Position numbers and translations under genes: made by a program
The notes under the pieces: model-generated
What the model saw: only the letters and a program-made list of their open reading frames with translations
Databases searched by the model: none
Told to the model about the DNA's origin: nothing
Source: Planctomycetaceae bacterium
Lineage (GTDB): Bacteria; Planctomycetota; Phycisphaerae; Phycisphaerales; SM1A02
NCBI GenBank assembly: GCA_027488265.1
Contig: JAIYCA010000301.1
Location: 1-38,348 of the forward strand
Direction of reading: 5' to 3'
DNA length: 38,348 bases
In this document: piece after piece, positions 1 to 9,866 of the stretch
How positions within the stretch are numbered: the first letter of the stretch is position 1
How the letters are laid out: the number at the start of each line of letters is the position of its first letter

Positions 1-8
1 CTGCGCCA

Positions 9-1466
9 ATGCACGCGGACCCAAACTCATTCGCTCGCTCGCACTCACGCACCCTCGGAGTCGCGGCGCTCGTCGCGGCTTGCTTTTCAGCATGCCTCCC
101 CACGAATGCCCACGGACAGGAGACACCGTCCTCGACGCCACCGAAGCAAGGCGTGAGTGATGCACAGGCGCGACCCCTCGATCCGCGCATCGACGCGTCG
201 CGCATGACAACGTTGCCCGCACCGCAGATCGACGCGGAAGGCGGCGCCGTTCGTGCAGCCGCGCCGCAACCAGTACTCCGAATCGCGCGCGACGCGCAAG
301 AGGCCGGAGTCGATGAAGCGACCTACGCCAAAGCGCGACAAGCGATTGCCGCTGGACTTGCCGTGCTTGCTCGTTCGCAGACATCGCGCGGAACATGGTT
401 TGAACAAGAGGAAGTCACGCCAACCGACATGGAGCCGCGCAAACGTGCATCAAGCATCGCCGTCACTGCGATGGCGTTGAAGGCGTTCGCGCAGGCCGAA
501 GGCGTTGGTGATGTCGAAGCACAAAAGCGCGCACGCGCGTCGATCGACCGCGCGCTCATCGATCCGAAGATTCTTACGCTCGTTGCCGAAGGCGGCATCG
601 GCAACTACGTCATGAGTGCCGTCGCGAGTGGACTGGCCGCGGTTGGCGACGCTGATGCGCAAGCGGGCGCCATGCGCGCGATTGCGTGGTTGCGCGACGC
701 GCAGTGGGACGAATCAGAGGGTGTCGCGAAGACCGCCGATTGGTACGGCGGAGCTGGCTACGGCAACGGCAAGCGACCTGATCTCTCGAACACACAGATG
801 ATGCTCGACGCGATGCACGATGCGGGCGTTTCTGCGGATGACCCCGCGTTTGCACGCGCTCGTGCCTTCCTTGAGCGCGCTCAAAATCGCAAGGCAACCA
901 ATCCCGCCGCGTGGGCGCAAGCAGGTTCAGGCGACGGAGGATTCGTCTATTCCGGCGCAAATGGCGGCGAGAGTTTCGCGTCGGATGAGGCAGGCGAAGG
1001 CCGCTACGGCGAGAAACTCGCGGTGAAGAGTCTGCGCAGTTACGGCTCGATGACGTACGCCGGATTCAAGAGTCTGCTCTACGCGGGACTGTCGAAGGAT
1101 GATCCGCGCGTGAAGGACGCGCTCGGTTGGATCTCGCTCCACTTCACCTTCGACGAGAATCCAGGCCTCGGACAACAGGGTTACTACTACTACCTGCACG
1201 CGATGGCGCGGGCGTTGCATGCGTCGCAAGAGAACACGATTCGTGATGCCGCTGGGAAAGATCGCGCATGGCGCGCAGAACTCATCGATGCGCTCGTTGC
1301 GCGACAGCGCGGTGACGGCTCATGGAAGAACGACGTCGAGCGTTGGGAAGAAGCGAAAGAGCCGCTCGCGACGATCTACGCCGTGCTCGCGCTCGAAGAG
1401 GCCCTGAAGCCCAAGGCCTTCAAATCCAAGCCGCCAGAGCCCAAAAGCCCAAAGCCCAATGCCTAA
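9..1466 (+). CDS. Secreted prenyltransferase/squalene-cyclase-repeat (alpha/alpha toroid) protein
   Basis: 485-aa ORF with ATG at 9. Signal-peptide-like N-terminus (LGVAALVAACFSACLPTNAHG). Recurrent terpenoid-cyclase/prenyltransferase-type repeat motifs (SQTSRGTWF, RDAQWDESEG, GSGDGGFVYSG, RQRGDGSWKND). Lys/Pro-rich C-terminal tail. Confidence 0.6.
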   Translation: MHADPNSFARSHSRTLGVAALVAACFSACLPTNAHGQETPSSTPPKQGVSDAQARPLDPRIDASRMTTLPAPQIDAEGGAVRAAAPQPVLRIARDAQEAGVDEATYAKARQAIAAGLAVLARSQTSRGTWFEQEEVTPTDMEPRKRASSIAVTAMALKAFAQAEGVGDVEAQKRARASIDRALIDPKILTLVAEGGIGNYVMSAVASGLAAVGDADAQAGAMRAIAWLRDAQWDESEGVAKTADWYGGAGYGNGKRPDLSNTQMMLDAMHDAGVSADDPAFARARAFLERAQNRKATNPAAWAQAGSGDGGFVYSGANGGESFASDEAGEGRYGEKLAVKSLRSYGSMTYAGFKSLLYAGLSKDDPRVKDALGWISLHFTFDENPGLGQQGYYYYLHAMARALHASQENTIRDAAGKDRAWRAELIDALVARQRGDGSWKNDVERWEEAKEPLATIYAVLALEEALKPKAFKSKPPEPKSPKPNA

Positions 1467-1468
1467 GT

Positions 1469-3037
1469 TCAAGACGCAGCGGCCGACGTGGATGGATTGA
1501 CGCTCGCGTCGGAAGTGCTCGTCGCGGGTGAAACGACCAACCGAAGGCTCCATGCCGCAAGCATCGAGGCCGATGCGAGCAGCAGCGCGCCGAGCGCTTG
1601 ATGCGCCGATGTTGTCGCAACTTCGTAGGCCGGAATACGCGCGTCGGTTCGGATGAGCACCACGACCAATGCCGCGATTCCAAGCGCAAACTGCAGGCCA
1701 ACGCCGTGCACGAGCGCCTTTCCGAAGAAGCGGATCGGGCGAATCTCACGCGCACGACTTGTTGCGTGTGCGCCCGTGACGACCGCGACAATCAGCACCA
1801 CGAATGCGCCGAAGATGTGGCCCCAAATCGGCCATGCGGGGTGCACTGCGGGGTTTCCATCGGCGGGTGGAATTTGAAGATGGCGGTAGCTCGCGCCCAA
1901 GAAGAGTTGCACCAACATCGCGGCAACGAGCACGACGGGCAGCGCGCGAAGTCGCGCAGCATCACGCAGCGCGGAGTGCGCGCGGCCTTCATTCCACGTG
2001 CGGCTCGTAACGCATGCAATCACGCACGCGGTCGCGAAGACGATCTGACCGAACATGCCGTGCACAATCGCGAGAAGCGTGCTCGGGGAAAGTTCGGCAC
2101 CGCTCACCGCACTTGTGAGCGTTCCTGTGACACGCAAGCCGCCAAAGAGGCCTTGCACGCACACCATCGCGAGGAACAGCACGGAGAGCACGCGCGGCAG
2201 CGTTGCACGACGTTCGTCGCGGAAAACCACGTTGACAAGCACCAATGCCGTCACACCGACGAGCATGCCGAAGAGGCGATGTGCGTGCTCATAGTAAATG
2301 CCGCCCTTCATTTCGCTGATTGGGTAGAGCAGCATGTTGTGGCCGAACGAATTCGGCCAATCAGGAACCGCAAGCCCGCTCTCAAGGCCCGTCACCAGGC
2401 CGCCCGTCACGAGCAAGATGAAGACGGTCACGGCCGCAACGCGCGCGAAGAGGCTCGCGGGGGTTGGGAGTTCGATCGGCTTCGCTCGACGCGCGAGGAA
2501 GCCGCCGAAGGCCGCAAGTGCCGCGCTCGCGATGAAGAGACCACCGACGTAGGCGAGCGGCACCCACGATGCCCCGCCTTGTTCATCACGCAAGAACGCG
2601 CCGATGACGAGAAGGTTCGCAAGCGCGCTGACGAGGCCGGTCTTCACGGGCGAAGCGCCGGCACGCTGCGCGATCGCGCCAAAGACGACGGGCACTGCAA
2701 GCGTGAGTACGAAGAGCGCTTCGCCAATCCAGAGGCCCGGTGCCATCATCGAGACGTACCCGATGCCCCACATTGCAGCCGTCGTCGCGAAGCCAAGCGC
2801 CAAATGCACGGGCCGCACGAGGTAGGCCGCGAGGTACGCCACGATCGAGAGCACGAAGAACACGGCAAGCAAAATGCCTAACGGCGTCGGCTCGACCACG
2901 GCACTCGATGCGTCGGTGGTGGTTGCACCGACTTGTGCGACAGCGTTGCCCGCAAGCAGTACTTGCGTGGGTGCTTTCAGAAGTGCAGGCGAAATCGCAT
3001 TCGAAAGCATCGGAAAGAGAACAAGCGAGGGCGACAT
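1469..3037 (-). CDS. ctaA: Heme A synthase (COX15/CtaA family) with additional N-terminal polytopic domain
   Basis: 522-aa ORF. The C-terminal ~330 aa carry COX15 hallmarks (LVTGGLVTGLESGLAVPDWPNSFG, His-bearing helices YYEHAHRLFG and TSAHQALG, many TM helices). Divergent from ctaB and beside the oxidase cluster. ATG at 3037, alternative ATG at 3010. Confidence 0.75.
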   Translation of the reverse strand: MSPSLVLFPMLSNAISPALLKAPTQVLLAGNAVAQVGATTTDASSAVVEPTPLGILLAVFFVLSIVAYLAAYLVRPVHLALGFATTAAMWGIGYVSMMAPGLWIGEALFVLTLAVPVVFGAIAQRAGASPVKTGLVSALANLLVIGAFLRDEQGGASWVPLAYVGGLFIASAALAAFGGFLARRAKPIELPTPASLFARVAAVTVFILLVTGGLVTGLESGLAVPDWPNSFGHNMLLYPISEMKGGIYYEHAHRLFGMLVGVTALVLVNVVFRDERRATLPRVLSVLFLAMVCVQGLFGGLRVTGTLTSAVSGAELSPSTLLAIVHGMFGQIVFATACVIACVTSRTWNEGRAHSALRDAARLRALPVVLVAAMLVQLFLGASYRHLQIPPADGNPAVHPAWPIWGHIFGAFVVLIVAVVTGAHATSRAREIRPIRFFGKALVHGVGLQFALGIAALVVVLIRTDARIPAYEVATTSAHQALGALLLASASMLAAWSLRLVVSPATSTSDASVNPSTSAAAS

Positions 3038-3070
3038 GGGTGGCTATGGTAGGATTCTTACCCCCTGCCG

Positions 3071-4345
3071 ATGAGTTCGGATTCCGCTGAAATCTCCGCG
3101 CGTGCTGCGCATGCGAATCGTCGCGCCGATGGCGTCGAGGATGGCGGTCCAACGACTGAGACACGCGCCAGTGCAGCGCACGTTTCTGCCCCGCAGCAAG
3201 GCGCGAACAAAGTTACAGACGCGGGCATTGCAAACGCATCGGACGGAGCCGACGTTCGCGCGGCTCCGACGCCACGCGCGCGTGGCACACTCGGCATTTG
3301 GGCAGAACTCACCAAAGTGCGCTTGAACGCGCTTGTGCTCGTGACGACGGCGGTCGGCTACGCACTTGCAGAGGTCGGGCCGATTGATTGGGCTCGCCTC
3401 GCATGGACCTGTGCGGGCACCGCACTCGCGGCCGCAAGCGCGTCACTCTTCAACCAACTCTTCGAACGTCGTCGCGATGCGCTCATGCTGCGAACGCGCG
3501 GACGCCCGCTTCCCGCAGCGCAGATTGGCCCTGCAACCGTCTTCACCGCGGGCATGCTTGCGGGCTACGCGGGTGCAACGCTCCTCGCATTGACCGTCGG
3601 CTTCCTTCCTGCGGGGCTCGCTCTACTCAACATCCTGCTCTACGCGCTTCTCTACACGCCGCTCAAGCCGCGCACGACCTTCAACACGTTGATCGGTGCG
3701 GTGTGTGGCGCGATTCCACCGGTGATTGGTTGGACGGCGGCTACTGGACGCCTCGAGCCGGGCGCGTGGCTTCTCGGCGGCTTGCTCTTCGTGTGGCAAA
3801 TCCCGCACTTCCTCGCATTGGCATGGCTCTACCGCGAGGACTACGCGCGCGGCGGTCACGCGATGCTGCCTGTGCGTGACGAAGGTGGCGAAATCACGGC
3901 GCAAGTGGTGCTTTTGACGACGTTGCCGCTTGTTCCACTCGGAGTGAGCGCGACGCTCATCGGGCTCGCGGGCATTTGGAGCGCAGTGATCACGTTCATC
4001 GCCGGGCTCCTATTCTCGTGGCTCGCCTTTCAGTTCTATCGACAGCGCGACAACCCGAGCGCGCGCCGCGTCTTCCTTGCAAGCATCACGTATCTCCCAC
4101 TCGTTTTGGCCGCGATGACGCTTGATCGTGGCCCCGCGTCGATCGATGCATTGATGCGCGGACGCAGCGACCTCGCGGTCGAAGACTTGCGTGCGTTGCG
4201 CGCGGGCGAAGAGAACCCCTACGCTCAACCGCGCGAAAGCGCTGCTCAAGATGCGAGCAAGACTGGGAGCGAGACTGGGAGCAAGAGCGACGGCAACCCC
4301 GCCGCCACGCGCGAATCTGCAGGACTCGAAGGAAGCGCACGATGA
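3071..4345 (+). CDS. ctaB: Protoheme IX farnesyltransferase (heme O synthase)
   Basis: UbiA-family motifs NQLFERRRDALMLRTRGRPL and YREDYARGGHAMLP, plus WQIPHFLALAW. Polytopic. About 70-aa low-complexity N-terminal extension and a Ser/Gly/Thr-rich C-tail. ATG at 3071, but the true start could be an internal alternative codon. Confidence 0.9.
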   Translation: MSSDSAEISARAAHANRRADGVEDGGPTTETRASAAHVSAPQQGANKVTDAGIANASDGADVRAAPTPRARGTLGIWAELTKVRLNALVLVTTAVGYALAEVGPIDWARLAWTCAGTALAAASASLFNQLFERRRDALMLRTRGRPLPAAQIGPATVFTAGMLAGYAGATLLALTVGFLPAGLALLNILLYALLYTPLKPRTTFNTLIGAVCGAIPPVIGWTAATGRLEPGAWLLGGLLFVWQIPHFLALAWLYREDYARGGHAMLPVRDEGGEITAQVVLLTTLPLVPLGVSATLIGLAGIWSAVITFIAGLLFSWLAFQFYRQRDNPSARRVFLASITYLPLVLAAMTLDRGPASIDALMRGRSDLAVEDLRALRAGEENPYAQPRESAAQDASKTGSETGSKSDGNPAATRESAGLEGSAR

Positions 4346-5613
4346 GCCAACAGAGCAATCAGAGCAGCACGAGCAATCAGGGCAATCAGGGCGACACGCG
4401 GCCTGATCGGCCGACCAATACGGCTGCGAGTTCGCCCAATGCTGTGCCGCAGGGTTCACCCACGCTGACCTTCAAGGGCGGTGGCTGGGTGATTCTTTTG
4501 TCGGTTTTGCTTGTGCTGCTCGTGATGGGTTGGAGTTTGCTCGGCCCGCTGCTGGGGCGTCGCCCGGTCGGTGATGGGTACACACTTGAGAGTTACGGCT
4601 ACGACCTCACGACTCTCGCGATCGACCGAAACGAGCTCGTCGGCTCGGGCTTTCCGCGCGGCTTCCGCCCTTCGCGCGACGATCCGAAGCACCTCGCAGG
4701 CCGCGAGATGGCGATCTTCAACGAGCAGAACCGCCCGAAGTACGTCGTGACCAGCGACCGCGTCATCGGCGCCGTCATCAATGGGCAGCCGCACGCGTGG
4801 CCGCTTTCGATGCTCAACGCACACGAGATCGTGAATGACACCGTCGGCGGTATCCCCGTCGCTGCGACTTACTCGCCGCTTTGCGACACCGCGATCGTGT
4901 TCGACCGCCGCATCGGCGACGCCGTGATGAAGTTTGAGGTCAGCGGGCTTCTCTCGGACTCCAACCTAGTCTTTTACGACAAGTCGGAAGCGGGCAGCGC
5001 GAACCAAGGCGCGAACGCAAACGAACACCGTCCTAGTCTCTTCCTTCAACTCGCGCGAAAGCCCGTGGCTGGGCCGCTTGCGAAGGGCGCAACCATCGAG
5101 ATGTTTCCCGATGTCTGTATCACGACTTGGGCGGACTGGCTCAAGACGCATCCGGACACGACCGTTGCCGAGCGCGATCCGCAAACGATCCGCCGCATGA
5201 AAGAGATCTCATACGCGCGCTACTTCCTGACACCGCAGTATGAGTCGCCCGTTTCGCCGCTCCCAGACGCAGCCGAGCTCGCCGCGCGTGGTCTGCGTGA
5301 AAAGAGCCCCGTGGTTGCCATCGACCTTGGCGGCAAGTGGAACATCCTCGCGATCGAGTCGCTCCTCGATGCGCTCACACCGAACGCCGACGGCTCGCGC
5401 GAAACTCGCCTGACCGTGGATGGCGTCGACCTTGACGTCTTCATGCCCAAGGGCCCCGCGGTCGCCCGCGTCCGACGCGTTGACGGCCAACCGCTTGTGA
5501 CGATCCCTTGCCTCGTCTTCGCGGCGAACGCAATCCTCGGCACGGAGAAACCGCTGGCGTGGGTCGAGGTGCCGAAGAGCTCAGGTTCCACAACCCCGAG
5601 CACAACTGACTGA
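4342..5613 (+). CDS. DUF3179-family protein, N-terminally membrane-anchored
   Basis: Core matches the DUF3179 signature as I recall it (VIGAVINGQPHAWPLSMLNAHEIVNDTVGGIPVAATYSPLCDTAIVFDR...FEVSGLLSDSNLVFYDK). One TM helix (GGGWVILLSVLLVLLVMGWSLLGPLL) follows a Gln/Ser/Asn-rich N-terminus. The ATG at 4342 overlaps the ctaB TGA (ATGA). Confidence 0.7.
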   Translation: MSQQSNQSSTSNQGNQGDTRPDRPTNTAASSPNAVPQGSPTLTFKGGGWVILLSVLLVLLVMGWSLLGPLLGRRPVGDGYTLESYGYDLTTLAIDRNELVGSGFPRGFRPSRDDPKHLAGREMAIFNEQNRPKYVVTSDRVIGAVINGQPHAWPLSMLNAHEIVNDTVGGIPVAATYSPLCDTAIVFDRRIGDAVMKFEVSGLLSDSNLVFYDKSEAGSANQGANANEHRPSLFLQLARKPVAGPLAKGATIEMFPDVCITTWADWLKTHPDTTVAERDPQTIRRMKEISYARYFLTPQYESPVSPLPDAAELAARGLREKSPVVAIDLGGKWNILAIESLLDALTPNADGSRETRLTVDGVDLDVFMPKGPAVARVRRVDGQPLVTIPCLVFAANAILGTEKPLAWVEVPKSSGSTTPSTTD

Positions 5614-5635
5614 TCGTCAGCACTTCTGACGATCA
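5611..5635 (+). repeat. Perfect 10-bp inverted repeat (hairpin, 5-nt loop) overlapping the DUF3179 stop codon
   Basis: TGATCGTCAG-cactt-CTGACGATCA read directly. No T-run follows on either strand, so it is not a canonical intrinsic terminator. Confidence 0.8.
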
Positions 5636-5941
5636 AACGCCACAAACGATTCGGGCACCTCTTGTCCGCTCAGCGCGGCGGGATCGCATCCGACAAAGTT
5701 TCAAAAAGGGGAACAATTCTGTGCCGCCGGAGCGAGCGTTGTCGCTTGTACCTGTGGGGAAAGTCTCCCTGAGTTGGTTCCTCACAAGGGAACTTGCTTC
5801 TGAGTGCACCGTCGTACAAGGCAGCTCTGGCGCCAGATTGAACCTCGTCAGTTCAGATTGGCGACAAGTTGCGGCGGTCAAACGGGCTCGGACGCAGGTT
5901 TCACGGGCAGGACGCTGATGGGAATTCCGGCTAGATCGGCG

Positions 5942-5984
5942 CGCACCGCCGCCCCAGGCAACTGGTGGCGGCGGCTGCGTTTTT
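5942..5984 (+). terminator. Rho-independent terminator candidate (plus strand)
   Basis: CGCA-CCGCCGCC-CCAG-gcaa-CTGG-t-GGCGGCGG-c-TGCG followed immediately by TTTTT (5980-5984). About 16 bp of GC-rich stem with two single-nucleotide bulges. The minus-strand reading has no T-run. Confidence 0.55.
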
Positions 5985-6019
5985 CGGCCGCATCAAACTC
6001 ATTCGAATGAAACTTGCGC

Positions 6020-6622
6020 TCAGCGCGACCCGAGCACCAGCGTCGCGTAGAGGACGACCCAGATGCCATCGAGGAAGTGCCAATACATCGCGCAATAGGT
6101 GATGCCGCGATGGTCGTCCGGGCCGTACGCCGCGCGCGACGCGCGCCACGTCGTGATCAGCATCGGCGGGAGGCCACCGAGGACGTGCGCCGCGTGGAGC
6201 CCCGTCAGCACGTAGAAGGTCCACGCGTAGAGGTTGTCGCTGATCGCCAAGTTCTGCTCGTAGAGATCGCGCCACGCGACGCCCTGCGCGATGAGAAACG
6301 CCAGCGCGAGCGCGAGCGTCGCAACCATCAAACCGCCCTGCCGCGGATCACCCACGCGGCCCGCGCGCAGCGCCTTCTGCATCGTCACACTTGAAACAAG
6401 CAGCACACCGGTGCTCACGAGGAGGAGGAGCGGCGGCTTCGGCGCATCGGCTGGGATAAACGCCGCGCCGTTGTCGATGCGGACCACGAGGTAGCCAATG
6501 ATGGTCGAGATGAAGACCACCGCGAGCACAAGCAAGAAAAGCCACATGCCAAAAAGGCCCGCTTCGAAGCGGGCCTTTGGATCCCCAAAGGGAGTATCAG
6601 ACGGTGTGTCGTGCTGGGCCAT
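6020..6622 (-). CDS. Heme-copper oxidase subunit III family protein (second, short copy)
   Basis: 200 aa, about 5 TM helices. Subunit-III-like motifs FGMWLFLLVLAVVF, YVLTGLHAAHVLGG and YWHFLDGIWVVLY. Last gene of the co-directional oxidase cluster. ATG at 6622. Confidence 0.7.
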   Translation of the reverse strand: MAQHDTPSDTPFGDPKARFEAGLFGMWLFLLVLAVVFISTIIGYLVVRIDNGAAFIPADAPKPPLLLLVSTGVLLVSSVTMQKALRAGRVGDPRQGGLMVATLALALAFLIAQGVAWRDLYEQNLAISDNLYAWTFYVLTGLHAAHVLGGLPPMLITTWRASRAAYGPDDHRGITYCAMYWHFLDGIWVVLYATLVLGSR

Positions 6623-6655
6623 GCGGCGGAGTTGCGCTGGCGCACGCCAACGTGA

Positions 6656-7066
6656 TTACTTCGAGGTGATCGGCGCAAACGGCGCGTTTGCGTCGAGGTA
6701 CTTCTGAACGTTCGGCGCGTTGCCTGGGATCTGCGAACCCATGTACTGCCCAACGTCCATCATGCAGAAGACCATCATCAAGATGACGAAGATCATGGAG
6801 CCGACGAGCACCATCAGGTTGAACGGACGGTCCCAGCGAAGGTGCATGAAGAACAACGACACGAGCGTTGCTTTCACCACGGCGATGCCAATTGCGAGGT
6901 AGATGTTGGCTTCCCCGAGATCGATGTAGCGGGCTGCGACCGTGATGACGGTCAGCACGAGAAGCGCAAAGCCCGTTGCGAACAGCGTCGAATATGGAAC
7001 CAGGTGACCAACGAGCGGGTGTGGCTCGCCGTGACCGTGATGGGCTGAAGATTGTGCGCTGGCCAT
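6656..7066 (-). CDS. Cytochrome c oxidase subunit IV (small prokaryotic subunit)
   Basis: Three-TM small protein with HHGHG..HLVPY N-terminus and IAVVKATLVSLFFMHLRWD, typical of bacterial COX4-family proteins. I prefer the ATG at 7066 (GGAG 5 nt upstream) over the TTG at 7102 used by the ORF track. Confidence 0.65.
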   Translation of the reverse strand: MASAQSSAHHGHGEPHPLVGHLVPYSTLFATGFALLVLTVITVAARYIDLGEANIYLAIGIAVVKATLVSLFFMHLRWDRPFNLMVLVGSMIFVILMMVFCMMDVGQYMGSQIPGNAPNVQKYLDANAPFAPITSK

Positions 7067-7148
7067 GTTTGTCTCCGATTCGCACGCGCAGCCTGTCGCC
7101 AAGCCGAGGCGTACTTCTGAAACGCGCGATCAATCGCGCGGAACTCGG

Positions 7149-8108
7149 TCAGTGGATGAGATAGAAGAGCGGGAAGAGGAAGATCCACACGAGGTCGACC
7201 ACGTGCCAGTACAGGCCAACGAGGTCCACAGGGGTGTAGTAGTTGCTTGAGAAGCGCCCACGCAACGCGCCGACGAGCAACCAACCGATGACGCCGATAC
7301 CAATCACGACGTGGATGCCGTGCAGGCCGGTCATGATGTAGTAGATCGCGAAGAACTGGTGCGTATTCACCGGCATCGCTGGATCGGTCAAGTGCGCGTC
7401 GGTCTCAGGATGGATGCCGTGAGAGCCTTCGGCAGCCTTCTCAACCATCGAGACGGTCGACACACCATCGGGGCCAGCCTTCGGAAGCGCGATCGCGCTG
7501 CGATCCATCGCGGGAATCACCGCGATCGGCGCAGTTTCCACCCCGGCCGAAGGATTCGGCGACGTGATCGCAAGCACTGGATTCTCAACCGGCTTCGGCT
7601 CGGTGGTGACGATCGTCTTTTCAGCATCATCAACCGGCTCATAGAAGCTGATACCCCACTTGAGATTCTCATGGAACTTGTGGGTGTACTCGAAGTACTT
7701 GATGACCATGAAGCCGAAGGCGCCCGCGAGGGTGAGCGCGAGGCAGACCACGAGCATCCCCTTCTTGTTCGTCTGCGCGGCGCGTACCGCAAGCGCCATC
7801 GTGAGACTCGAGAGAATCAGCACGCAGGTGTTGACGCCACCGAGAATCGTGTCGAGGTAGTTGGCAGAGTACGAAAAGACCTCAGGGTTCTTGAAGCGCA
7901 AGATCGTGTACATCACGAAGAGCGCGCCGAAGAAGAGAACTTCCGTCGCGAGGAAGACCCACATGCCGAGCTTGCCCGATTCGAACTGCTGGTTCGGGGT
8001 GTCGAAGTGGTGGGCAAGGAACGGGTACTTCGCGTGGTCACCATGACCATGGTGGTCATCGTGGCCAGCGTGCCCGTGCGAATCAGCGTGTGCGTGCGAA
8101 GTTGACAC
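7149..8108 (-). CDS. ctaE: Cytochrome c oxidase subunit III
   Basis: Motifs WVFLATEVLFFGALF, YYIMTGLHGIHVVIG and YWHVVDLVWIFLFPLFY. GTG start 3 nt after the subunit I stop. Contains a ~95-aa loop insertion and a His-rich N-terminus. Confidence 0.85.
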   Translation of the reverse strand: MSTSHAHADSHGHAGHDDHHGHGDHAKYPFLAHHFDTPNQQFESGKLGMWVFLATEVLFFGALFVMYTILRFKNPEVFSYSANYLDTILGGVNTCVLILSSLTMALAVRAAQTNKKGMLVVCLALTLAGAFGFMVIKYFEYTHKFHENLKWGISFYEPVDDAEKTIVTTEPKPVENPVLAITSPNPSAGVETAPIAVIPAMDRSAIALPKAGPDGVSTVSMVEKAAEGSHGIHPETDAHLTDPAMPVNTHQFFAIYYIMTGLHGIHVVIGIGVIGWLLVGALRGRFSSNYYTPVDLVGLYWHVVDLVWIFLFPLFYLIH

Positions 8109-8111
8109 GGT

Positions 8112-9806
<1,695 letters not shown>

Positions 9807-9866
9807 GGCTTCCGTTCCTGTCGTGTTGCCAGTTGGGGTCGGTGCGTGGTTTGAAACTCTGCGGTA

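Noticed and set aside
1598-2881. 427-aa ORF antisense to ctaA
   Set aside because: It lies wholly inside and opposite a well-supported membrane protein gene. Its translation is Arg/His/Glu-rich low complexity with no motifs. This is the typical shadow ORF of high-GC DNA.
5721-6010. Small ORFs (65 and 68 aa) in the DUF3179-cox spacer as protein-coding genes
   Set aside because: They have non-ATG or weak starts, no Shine-Dalgarno sequence, overlapping frames and no motifs. The interval is reported as unassigned or possibly non-coding RNA instead.
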